From assembly GCF_963676685.1 (NCBI RefSeq), contig NC_092355.1, positions 73,470,001 to 73,534,000 on the forward strand: 64,000 nucleotides of DNA. The letters run 5' to 3'. The first letter of the stretch is position 1, and every line of letters begins with the position of its first letter. Made by a program: the position numbers and the translations under genes. A model generated the notes under the pieces. The model was not told the DNA's origin. It did not search any database and was given only the letters and a program-made list of their open reading frames with translations. Below, piece after piece: positions 47,501-58,414 of the stretch. This DNA comes from Mytilus edulis (Eukaryota).

Positions 47501-50410
47501 AAACAGATGCATGAATGTAAGGTAATGTATTGCCCACAGGATTCATTTGACATTGGTCTCATTTCATGTTTCTATTTCTATAACTAGCTGCAATCAATAT
47601 TCTATATATGAAATGATTGTGAAGTGTACATGTATTTCCATCTTGGTTATCTGACATTAAAATTTTGGTTTATTTTATTTAGGGAATTTTATGACTGTAA
47701 CATTTTTTCGGTCTATGAAGAAATGTTATAAAAAAGGTGCTGCACACTGAATAACCTGTATATGTGTTATACTAAAGTGTGCACCACATTTTTTATTGTT
47801 ATTTGTCCATAATTTTATTCTAATTTTCATTTTAAACTGGAGTAAATCATGAAAAGGTTGATGACGTCACAGTCACATTTCAAAATTATGTCTACATGTA
47901 TGAGCTGATAGACAAAACACTGTCACTTGTTACATCCAAAATAAAATTTTGGTTTAATACTTGTAGTTAAATTTTTAATTTATGAATATCATTGCATAAA
48001 ACATTTGGTTTGAAAAGCAGGAAAGACAGTTCAGCATGTGCAATTTTGTTTTAATAAATGATTGAAGACAAGTATTTTAACATGAAATATAAAATTAAAC
48101 TTATCAATTTTTGGTTTTTAAATTCTATATTATCTGTTGGATAATTCAAAGTGCTACCAAAGTAATTCACACAAAAAGGTAATTGAAAGTATATAAAGCA
48201 ATAAGCACATCAACGGTTCCTGGTCCCCCAGATTATATCAAGAATCTGTATTATCTGCCATAATGGCAGGGGTATCATTGGGCACCACCCAACTCATTGT
48301 TGCCAGGTTAAATGTGTCATGCAACAGTACTTGAACTTATTATACATAAGATGTAGTAAGAGGTCCAATGAGGCAACTATCAATACAAGTCACTAGCCTA
48401 TTTTAAAAGTATTGCCGAAACATTTTTCTGCAAAGTGTAGCGAGGCTAAAAATAATAAACGAAGGAATCATGCTTTCTGAGTGTTTCCCAGACCCTGTCT
48501 TAATCTGAAAGCTTGAATGTGTTCTGTTTCAAAATTGTTTATATTTTGGACTCAAAGCAAAATGTATAGAATCTGTGTAAGACTTTAGTTTTTAGGGACA
48601 ACATCTAAAGAAAAATATTTAGGATAAAGCAAAAATGTAATTCACATAGTTCAGCATGTGGCCACTGGGTTTTCCTTTTTTCTTTTTGTGTGTGTGACTG
48701 TTTCAGCTTGCATAATTTTAATCTTTTATACCTGTAAATTATTAAAAAAAAATTCAAATAAGTCAAGAGGGGGCTGAATATCATTGATATAACTATGTCA
48801 AGTAAGTTTTTATAACACATTTCAATTACAATTTGATGTAGCTCCTATAAACTTGGATACAATTTTTAGTACCGTAGTTGAAAAGTTGTAATTTTATATT
48901 AGCTATATAATATAAAACTAAAAGGTATGCAAAAAAGAATCCAGGATCAGGTGTTTAGTGTTTGTAAGCTCATGATTATGTGATTGACCCTTTCAGGATA
49001 AAGGAATTCTTTTTTCAAAATTTCATGATTATGATTTGTTTTGATTTTGGACTTCAGGATTTCATGTTTTTTTAAGTCCAGGATTTGGGGATCACAACCC
49101 CTCCTCCCCCCCCTCCCTTTCCCTTCAATGCAGACATTTCAATTGTATCTAATTAATATTTATTCTTTTTTAAATAAAAGATATGGGAATTTTTTGAAGA
49201 TTTTTTTTTTAAAAAGATGAATATTATAAATAATCTGGTGCCCTCTCAAAGTATCAAACTATGAATAGCATTTATGAAATGGCTTAAAAGACCTGCTGAG
49301 TTATCTATTTTCAATAGTAAAACATTGCAAGTCAGATTAGTTTTTACAAATTACCACAGAACAAACCATTTATTTTTGTGATTATCAAGGCAGCCCCATG
49401 TTAGGGGAGGGGGATTCTGCCAACATGTTTAACTCAACACATTATATATGTATTTGCCTGTCCCAAGTCAGGAGCCTGTAATTCAGTGGTTGTCGTTTGT
49501 TTGTGTTACATATTAGATTTTCATTCATTTTTTTATACAAATAATGTAAGGCCGTTAGTTTTCTTGTTTTGAATAATTTTACATTGTCATATAGGGGCCT
49601 TTTATAGGTGACTATGCAGTATGGGCTTTGCTCATTGTTGAAGGCTGTATGGTGACCTATAGTTGTTAATGTCTGTGTCATTTTGGTCTCTTTTGGATAG
49701 TTGTCTCATTGGCAATCAATTACCACATCTTCTTTTTTAGTTATTTATTTCACCCCCCACCATGAAATGGTTGTTCCCTTACACAACATATTTTCTGTTG
49801 AAGAACAAATAAATATACATTTATAAATATAATTTGTTCTTCCTTTAACATGTTTAATATTCTGCAAAACTGGAACACAATTTAAATATAATATCATTTA
49901 TTTATATCTATTGGTATTTATAACAGTAATATCAAACATATATCTGTATGAATATTTTTGGTGTCTCTGTTTATCTGTTTCATACTTGAGTTTCCCTAAA
50001 ATTAAAAAGTGTCAATGACACTGCAGTCAAGAATGGAATGAATGAATATTACAAATACCTTCAAGACTATTTATTAGCGCTGAATTAACGTTAACAGCCT
50101 TTCTACCCAGCTTTCTTGTCTGCTCTTCAATAATGGCATTTAAGGGGCTGATTATTATGCATTTGGTGTTATTCATTTTTCCAAGCATTTCAAAAATTAA
50201 TGACTTCCCATAGCCAGTGGGTAGCATGATCAACGCATCACTTTTCATTGCACCTTGAATACTTTGCAATTGCAAAGGTTTCAAGTGGGTTAAATTAACA
50301 TTTCGCGTACAGTTGATCTTAGTTAAGGCAATTTTATGTATCAAGACATTCTTAAGTTTTTCTTTAAAATCTTTCACATCGTCTGCTGCCATATTGTTTA
50401 TTGTTGTCAT
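44559..50410 (-). CDS. RecQ-like SF2 helicase of AcademH, 4 exons (50410-50059, 47373-46784, 46107-45966, 45097-44559), about 540 aa, intact
   Basis: Motif I LPTGYGKS; Ia SPLNAI; II DEAH followed by CVVQWGHDFRP; III LTAT; V ATQAYGMGTD; VI QEIGRAGRDG; RQC zinc site CRR...CCDVC. Intron 3 requires a GC donor (t|gcaagt at 45965). Confidence 0.9.
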
Positions 50411-52237
50411 TTACAAATGCATGCCGGGAGAAAACACCGGCTTTCCTATTTTGATGACGTCAATATTTTTAAATTTAGAACAACCTCGATTTCAAATAAA
50501 AAGATGGCGTTATACCCTACCTGTCTTGATATATGAAATATGTAATATGCACATTGATCTAGACAGGCGAACCAGTCTAGGGGTGAATGGAGAACCTGTT
50601 GGGATAATATCGAATGTCGCTAATTGTTTCAGTTAATAAGAAGGAAAAAAACCCGTTGTAATTATTCTTATTTGTTGTAAATAAAATATTAATTCAATTT
50701 CGGATTATATATATTATAAAAGAAAATAAATTCAACTCCATGACACTCGAGCTACCTTCTTACGTTAGAAGATTCGATATAGAAAAACTTACTGTTCTCT
50801 AAAAACACTAAGTACCAAACGGTTACGGTTAAGGACATGATTTTCATTCGTATACATATAGGTAAATACTAGGGTTATTCATACAATTTTGACTAAAATC
50901 TGTAAATGAAAATATATCAATAACCTGATATAACATTGAATATTTTTTTTTTAAATGTCATCCATTATTGTAATACTGTTAACAATTGCAGTACTACACA
51001 TTGAGAGGAGTAAATTTTATATAATAAAAAAAAAAATGTTCCAGATATATCATTTTAAGCATTTGTTTTATCCACATAATTTCTCCTGTGTACATTTAGT
51101 TGAATCCTAAGTCCTATGTACTAGAGTATTAATACAGTGTTTTTTCCCCCATATACATTTTATAAAACCTACCATCACTTCATATTTTGGATTGCTCATT
51201 TCATACAATTCTTCATTCTTCCCCCCTATTGACAATTATGAGGTTGTTTTTCATAAGAAGTCTTGTAAAATATTCTTTATATTGTTATTTAAAATCATAG
51301 ATTCCAACACTAAACATTTTATTCATTTTAAAGTGTAGTAAATTGTTCTGACATATTAAAAAAAAAATCTAAATTTGCCTATTTTCAGTAACTAACTAGT
51401 GAACATTATATTGTATTACATAACCATTAGTTACAACAGAATCCATAGTCTAGTAGGAAAGGTCTATGATGGAAACCTACAGACTGAAAAGCATCTTAGA
51501 TATTAATCTCAGGTACATGTACATGATTTTTTTTTTATCATTTAACATAACAATTTGTAATAGTAACACTATTTTAATATATGGTCTTTGTTTTTCATAA
51601 CAGTCTATGTAAAAGATGTGTAAATTGATAAACCTCAAAAGATGTAAAAATGATAAAACAATAATTTAATGGGAAGTTTCAAACTATTATGTAGTTTACA
51701 TAATTATTTGTTATGTAAAGATTCATATCTATTGTTTAAAAGGGTCAATTAGAAGATCTGTAAATCTTAGATTTTACAGTTACTTATTAATTATGTAACA
51801 TTTTTGTATAAAATATACACTACTTTCTTTTTAACAGCACAGGTCAACAGATAGAAGATATTGTAAGTACTAAAACTATTCTTTTTACACTTAGATTTTT
51901 CAAAAATGTTACTTTTATAAATATAAAATATTTTATCTAAAAAGTCTTCAATGATTGTAGTAAAAGCATTGATTGTAACAGTGTTAGTACTGTGTACCTC
52001 CATTTTCATTTTGAACATCCTTGAGTTTTATGTCATCCTTGTACATGTTATACTTGTTTCCTTTGAATTTTGTAACATTTGCTCCTGTTTATCTTATTAT
52101 TTAAGAGATTGGTTTCTTAATTTAAATTATAGTGTGTGTGTGTGTGTGTATTTTTTTTTCCTGTTGACATTATTGTATTTTTAATTATATTAATTACTGG
52201 AGGTTTTTTTTCCAGGTATAATCAGATTAAATTTATT

Positions 52238-53098
52238 ATGGAAGGAGCAGCAATGATGAAACAAGAGCCTCAAGCAAATGATGTTCAGACAAGGTATTTA
52301 ATAATTTTTCATTACTGTTATTATAATTGTTCTTAATCATTACAATATAGATAATGAAACTGAATAGACTGAATCTCTTACATTTTTGATTATAAAAAAG
52401 AAGATGCAGTATGATTGCCCATGAGACAACTCTCCACAAAAGACCAAATAACACAGAAATTAACAATTATAGGTAGCCATATGATCTTCAAGAATGAGCA
52501 AAGCCCCTATCACATGGTCAGCTATAAAAGGTCCCACCATGATAATGTAAAACAATTCAAACAAGAAAATTGATTAGCATACTATATGATATTTTTACAA
52601 TATAACAACTAACTATTCTTATTTTGAATTCAGTTCAATATTTGATAATGATAATAATAATTCACTGAATATTTATAATTTAAATGTATTTTTTTAGGTA
52701 CTGTAAATTCAGAAATTAATGCGAGGTTTTTATTATTGCGAAAAATGCGACTGAGTTGTAAACGCAATAATTAAAACTCGCATTTTGAAATATTTTATAT
52801 GAATTTAACAGGATTTTTCTCAAAATCGTTAAAATTAAAATCGCATTTAAGTCTAAAATGACAAAATCGCAATAATAAATGAACGCAATAATTTCTGAAT
52901 TTACAGTATTCAGAAATAGCTGTGATTACTCATTTGGAAGACCTCCTAAAAAAGAAAATCGACGACATGGCTGTTAAAATTATGTATCAGGCTGAATTGA
53001 TGGAACGGAATAAAATGAAACTGAATAGTGACATTGTATTTAAAAAACAATTAAAATCCCGCAAAAGGGATTTAATGTCTGAAGAATTAAACAGTTAA
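52238..53098 (+). pseudogene. Putative two-exon 82-aa helical protein in the Maverick right arm, disrupted by a MITE
   Basis: Exon 52238-52293 (ag|gtattt) splices to the acceptor at 52697. Removing the MITE and one TA gives MEGAAMMKQEPQANDVQTRYSEIAVITHLEDLLKKKIDD...EELNS*. Confidence 0.45.
52701..52906. mobile_element. Tc1/mariner-like MITE with TA TSD
   Basis: ta|ctgtaaattcagaaattaatgcg ... cgcaataatttctgaatttacag|ta. Confidence 0.85.
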
Positions 53099-53491
53099 CC
53101 TTAGAAGAAGGACAAACCATATATATAGTTTTTTAAATATCTAAAGACATTTGTTGTTGAATTAATTTTGTATTATACATTTGTGTAATGAAATTTATAG
53201 ATTCTTTTATTTGATGTCTTTATATAAATAAAGTTATCTTGACAGGCTATGTAGAGAGTTTTTATCAAATGTTATACCTGTATATAATATCTGATTTCAT
53301 TTAACTTTATAACATGCATGTAAAGGGGTTTATTAGTAAAAAACTAGATATAGTTTAAAAAAAAACCAACACTAATAATATATGCATACCTAATTTATTT
53401 CACAAATATTCACAAATAAATTACACTGTACAATATCTGAGAGAAAATATCATTTATACTTTTACAGTTTTTCTACATGTATTAAACCATA

Positions 53492-53941
53492 TCATCCTAA
53501 ATGTTTCTGATTCAAAGCTTTATTAATATACTGTGTGATGGCTGTTAAGTAGTTCCATTGTATCAATGTTAATGAAATGCCTTTAATGGTAGGTTTATGG
53601 TTTAAAAATTGTCTGATGTCTATAACTGTTCTCTTGTTGTATTCACATATAGTTAACACAAATTCACTAGGTAGACTAAAATGTTTAATAAAAGAGCACA
53701 ATGACTGGTTGAAGTTTTGGTCAATTTTAATGTAGTCAGTCATGTTTGTGTTTTGTTTTGAAGATTCATATACACCACAAGTTATCCACAAAGTTGTTGC
53801 TGATAATATTAATATCACAATTACTCCTGTCCATTTCAACATATTTATATGCATTTCATAATGATAGTACATATCTGACAAACTAGATGCAATGCTTTTT
53901 CTTGATGATGAAGATGTAGAATTAATCCTGGTATGTGACAT
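53492..53941 (-). CDS. Maverick accessory protein: single TM helix plus PC4/Sub1-like domain, 149 aa
   Basis: ATG 53941; TM WTGVIVILILSATTLWITCGV; NMT and NQS sequons; FVLTICEYNKRTVIDIRQF...KPTIKGISLTLIQWNYL PC4 signature. Confidence 0.75.
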   Translation of the reverse strand: MSHTRINSTSSSSRKSIASSLSDMYYHYEMHINMLKWTGVIVILILSATTLWITCGVYESSKQNTNMTDYIKIDQNFNQSLCSFIKHFSLPSEFVLTICEYNKRTVIDIRQFLNHKPTIKGISLTLIQWNYLTAITQYINKALNQKHLG

Positions 53942-54039
53942 GGTTAAAATATTATGACAACCTTTCTCTTTCAAGTCATCAATGTAAATAAACTTGTAAA
54001 TAAATAACAACTACTCTTATTTGTCAGTTATGGTTGCTT

Positions 54040-54040
<1 letters not shown>

Positions 54041-54105
<65 letters not shown>
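54041..54105. repeat. (CT)n microsatellite between the right TIR and the TM-PC4 gene
   Basis: 65-bp perfect CT run. Confidence 0.98.
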
Positions 54106-54110
<5 letters not shown>

Positions 54111-54181
54111 AATGTTGAAAAGTATGTTTTAATATCTTATGTAATAGGATTTTATTAAAGTTCAAAAAGTGGTGATATATA

Positions 54182-54272
54182 TTATGTAATGATAGATGGT
54201 GTTGCGATAAGAATGTATATAGTGGGGGTTATAATTATTTATCATGGGGGTCACAGAGCCCCCTATAGTAGT
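54182..54272 (-). repeat. Maverick right TIR
   Basis: Ends ...gagccccctatagtagt, followed by the TSD aatgaa. Confidence 0.97.
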
Positions 54273-54824
54273 AATGAATTCATTCATTCATTTTTATCCT
54301 CATTTCGCAAGGTAATCTTTTATATTTTAGTTACGTTTATATGATATAATAGGCATTTGAGAAAAAATTTCACTGCATCGTTTGTCTTTTTGTAGTTTGT
54401 TCCAATATTTTTTTATAATTTTAATAAAGTTTTTCACCATTTGGTTATTTTTTGTAATAAGAGTAAGTGGATATTTTTCTTGTTCTTGTATTTATAAAGT
54501 TTTTTTATAACTAGTTTAGAACCAAATCGAAGGACTAACGAGTTCTGTCCCCTAGTTGTTTTAAGGTGTAATGGAATAAGATTTAGATTAAGTATGCTTA
54601 TTAGAAATATGCGCATAAAAAGTGCGCACAAATCTCAGTGTGTAATTCTAAATTCTCAGCGTGTAATTTCAAATTCTTAGTGTTTGTTTTTTCAGTTTAT
54701 TTAATCTCGGTGTGTATTTTTGAAATCTCAGTGTGTAATTTTCAATTCTCAGACTAATTTTCAATTCTCAGACTAATTTTCAATTCACAGTGTGTGTTTT
54801 CATTTTTTGTAATCTCAAAAGTGT

Positions 54825-55998
54825 CACCGTGCATCATCAGTACACCGGATATAGGTACTAAGCAAGCGGGCATGATCGATTTTGACCTTACACGGTAACG
54901 AAAACCTTTTTTTTGCTTGATCAATATTCAATGTACATTTCTCAACATTTGAAATTCCTGCTCCCAAATAATTTTTGCATCGATTTTTTCCTATTCATAA
55001 AACAAAGGAGTAGGTCCGGTAAAGACCGATTTTGGCCTCAAATTTCAGGTTCATCTGACGAAAGATTTTGACCACTTAAGTGTCTATTTTATTTGAATTA
55101 ATTAGTTTATGTGAAAGATTTTAACAGATTTAGTCATTAAAAACGATCCGATTCAAGCTCAAATATGAAAAATCTACCTAATATGCCAAAAAATGTCACT
55201 TTTCAGATGGTTTTTGGTAAAAATGAAAGTGGCCGCATCCGTGTTCATCCTCAACCTTTATATATGTTATGTATTATCATAAAATACAACTTACATTTCA
55301 ATATTAAGGATGAACACGAATGCGGTCACTTTCGTTTTACACGAAAACCGTCTAAAATTTAACTAAAATGCTAGAATTATGAGGATTTTAGTAATTTAGC
55401 ATGACTTAATGGTGCTAGTACCGGATATATGTGCATTGTATTGTCAAAAACAGCCCATATTTATGTAGCAGAAGCATTGTCAAATAAATAACTAAAGGTT
55501 TACATTTTAACAATTTTGTAAAACTGCTATATTTTGGGGCCAAAAAGGGGTCTTACTGAACCTACTCCTTTGATATTCTAATAAGAACAATTAACTTTTT
55601 TAGGAATAAAATATCGAAAAATAACATATGTATGAAAGATTTCAATGCCAATTATTGAAACAGCTATACTTATTACACACACACATTGACCTTCTATCAG
55701 AAAAAGAGTTGCAATGAATATAGAATTATATCGGATGAGACGAGGGTCAACTTCTTTGACAAGTATTTGCACATGCTTTTACAATGTTTTAGTAATCCCT
55801 CTTGTTTTGAGAAAATAATGAGACATCTCTAACCATCAACCTACGACCAAATCATTTCTTAAAACAGCAATTATGTTTAGATTGAAGTACACATTGATAT
55901 TATGTGAACAAAACAAAGATTTTCGTTACCGTGTCAGATCAAAATCGCTCACGCCCGCTTGGTTGGTACCTATATCCGCTGTACGATGATACACGGTG
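54825..55998. mobile_element. Second non-autonomous Transib-like element
   Basis: CACCGTG / CACGGTG termini, ~80-bp imperfect TIRs, 5-bp TSD AGTGT (54820-54824 and 55999-56003). Confidence 0.8.
55005..55570. mobile_element. MITE nested in the Transib-like element
   Basis: aaggagtaggtccggtaaagacc ... ggtcttactgaacctactcctt inverted ends, plus an internal inverted repeat (aaagtggccgcatccgtgttcatcct / aggatgaacacgaatgcggtcacttt). Confidence 0.7.
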
Positions 55999-56077
55999 AG
56001 TGTGTAATTTTAAAATCTCAGTGTGTAATTTCGATTTCTCAGTGTGTTATTATATGTTTTTTAATCTCAGCGTATTT

Positions 56078-58414
56078 TAAACTCACCTGGCCCGAAGGGC
56101 CAAGTGAGCTTTTCTCATCACTTTGCGTCCGTCGTTCGTCGTCGTCGTCGTCGTCGTCGTCCGGTGTCGTCTTTTAACTTTTACAAAAATCTTCTCCTCT
56201 GAAACTACCGGGCCAAATTAAACCAAACTTGGCCACAATCATTATTGGGGTATCTAGTTTTAAAAATGTGTCCGGTGACCCGGCCAACCAACTAAGATGG
56301 CCGCCATGGCTAAAAAAAGACAATAGGGGTAAAATGCAGTTTTTTGCTTATAACTCAAAAACTAAAACATTTAGTGGATCCATACGATGTGTGTTTAACC
56401 AAACTAGCTAAGGACATTTTTACCACATGGTAGATTGTGGTTTGTCATTATGTCGTCTAATCTTTTAATTACCAAACGTGACTTATTCCCGATTGTGACT
56501 GTTTTGCTGAGTGTGAATTCGCATTACTATAAGACGTGTTACGGTACTTGTCTATCCCAAACTCGTGTATTTAGTTTAAATGTTTAATGTTATATTTGTA
56601 ATTCTCATCGGATTTTGTCAAATGTGTTGACGTCTTTTCTATTATATTTATGTGTTATGGAAACAAAAATTAATCACCGCCGTCATTTATTAGATTTAAT
56701 TTTGGTCAACATAATCTGTACGATAATTTAAGTTTGAAGTTGGATTCATAACAAACTGCACATATATATATTATAGTTAATTGCTATTAATTAGTATTGC
56801 AATATGCATTGTGTTTAATTGCAATATCAGTATTTAGTTCTATTTTAATCTTTAATCAATCCTAATTCTATCTTACTTTGGGATATAGTTTTTCATATGT
56901 GACGTAATTTTTCTGCTGTTTCAGAAATTTCATATGTTCAAATTTTTAATGCCTTTTCACCATAGTATGTGACGTAATTTTTAATGCCTTTTCACCATCG
57001 TATGTGACGTCATTTTCATAATTTACTGCGTTGTGGCCTGGACTGAGTCGGGTGTGTCTATTCTGTGTTGGTCATTCATTATGTATTCGTGTTTGTTTTA
57101 TGTAATGAGTTAATACTTCAGTTTCATTATGTATATCTGTTATATTCATTTGATAAAATTTACTGTTTGCAATAGCATTAATCCTTCTAAATAATTAGGA
57201 TGTTCTTATCCCAAGCATACAAACTTAGCCGTATTTGACACAACCTTCTTCAACTTTTGATCTTCAGTGCTGTACAACTTTGTACTTTTTTTCGCTTTCG
57301 ATCTTTTATATCTGGGCGTCACTGGTGAGTCTTGTGTGGACGAGGCGCGTTTTTGGCGTATTAAATTTTAAACCTGATGCTTTTTGTTATTCATTAATCA
57401 TGTGTTTCTTTGTCTAATACGTTTTCCTATTTATTTGTATTGTAGTCCTGTAATATTATGTTGTCATTTCTATGTTATATTTAACATTGCCATTAAAGTG
57501 CGAGGTTTTGCATGCCACAAAACCAGGTTCAACCCACCATTTTTTCCTTTAAAAATGTCCTGTACCAAGTCAGGAATATGGCCATTGTTATATTATAGTT
57601 CGTTTCTGTGTGTGTTACAATTTAACGTTGCGTCGTTTGTTTTCTCTTATTTTTTAGTGTAAATTGACATTGCGATAAGACGTGTCACGGTACTTGTCTA
57701 TCCCAAATTCATGTATTTGGTTTTGATGTTATATTTGTTATTCTTGTGGGATTTTGTCTGATGCTTGGTCCGTTTCTGTGTGTGTAAGTTACATTGTAGT
57801 GTTGTGTCGTTGTTCTCCTCTTATATTTATGCGTTTCCGTCAGTTTTAGTTTGTTACCCCGATTTTGTTTTTTGTCCATGGATTTATGAGTTTGAACAGC
57901 GGTATACTACTGTTGCCTTTATTTAGAGCAAATATGAGAAGGAGTAAAATTGTTTATCAGATTAAGATCTATCTGCCCTGAAATTTTCAGATGAATGGGA
58001 CAACCCGTTGTTGGGTTGCTGCCCCTGAATTGGTAATTTTAAGGAAATTTTGCCGTTTTTGTTATTATCTTCAATATTTTTATAGATAGAGATAAACTGT
58101 GAACAGCAATAATGTACAGCAAAGTAAGACCTATAATTAAGTCAACATGACCAAGATGGTCAATTGACCCCCTAAGGAGTTATTGTCCTTTATAGCCAAT
58201 TTTTAACAATTTTCATAAAATTTGTAAATTTTTACTTACATTTTCCAGTGAAACTACAGAGCCAAGTTCATTATAGATAGAGATAATTGTGAGCAGCAAA
58301 AATGTTTAGTAAAGTAAAATGTACAAACACATCACCATCACCAAAACACAATTTTGTCATGAATCCATCTGCTTCCTTTGTTTAATTTTCACATAGACCA
58401 AGGTGAGCGACACA
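56078..58414 (+). mobile_element. Helentron-like non-autonomous element interrupted by a 1.55-kb insertion
   Basis: 5' ctcacctggcccgaagggccaagtgagc hairpin, (tcg)n microsatellite, 3' aggtgagcgacaca inverted to the 5' ctcacct; cut short by the next element. Confidence 0.6.
56375..57920 (+). mobile_element. Non-coding inserted repeat (possibly a retroelement 3' end) flanked by an ATTTAG duplication
   Basis: atttag at 56369-56374 and 57921-57926; internal direct repeat taagacgtgt.acggtacttgtctatcccaaa at about 56530 and 57676. Confidence 0.5.

Larger units (their letters stand above)
31809..50579. mobile_element. AcademH-type DNA transposon (transposase plus RecQ-like helicase), 18,771 bp, nested in the Maverick
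   Basis: Termini TAGACTGG / CCAGTCTA; 10-bp TSD GGGGTGAATG at 31799-31808 and 50580-50589; subterminal inverted agacaggt...cgccat motif; convergent DDE transposase and SF2 helicase genes, the gene content known for AcademH. Confidence 0.88.
14696..54272 (+). mobile_element. Complete Maverick/Polinton (endogenous virus-like element), 39,577 bp including the nested AcademH (about 20.8 kb without it)
   Basis: 91-bp TIRs with one mismatch; 6-bp TSD AATGAA at 14690-14695 and 54273-54278; integrase, mCP, MCP, protease, ATPase and pPolB genes. Confidence 0.97.
54630..56077 (-). repeat. Array of tctcagtgtg units (reverse complement of 5900-6120), interrupted by a Transib-like insertion
   Basis: The reverse complement of 55999-56077 matches about 5920-6000 (ctgagattaaaaaac..a.aataacacactgagaaatcgaaattacaca). 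Confidence 0.7.

Noticed and set aside
48605-48820. Possible extra helicase exon in intron 1 (ttacag|gtataaaag on the minus strand)
   Set aside because: It hits a stop within four codons in the required phase, and exon 1 joins exon 2 in frame without it.
35691-50410. Transposase and RecQ helicase as native Maverick genes or host RecQ/BLM/WRN genes
   Set aside because: They are enclosed by their own termini and a 10-bp TSD, which defines a separate nested transposon.
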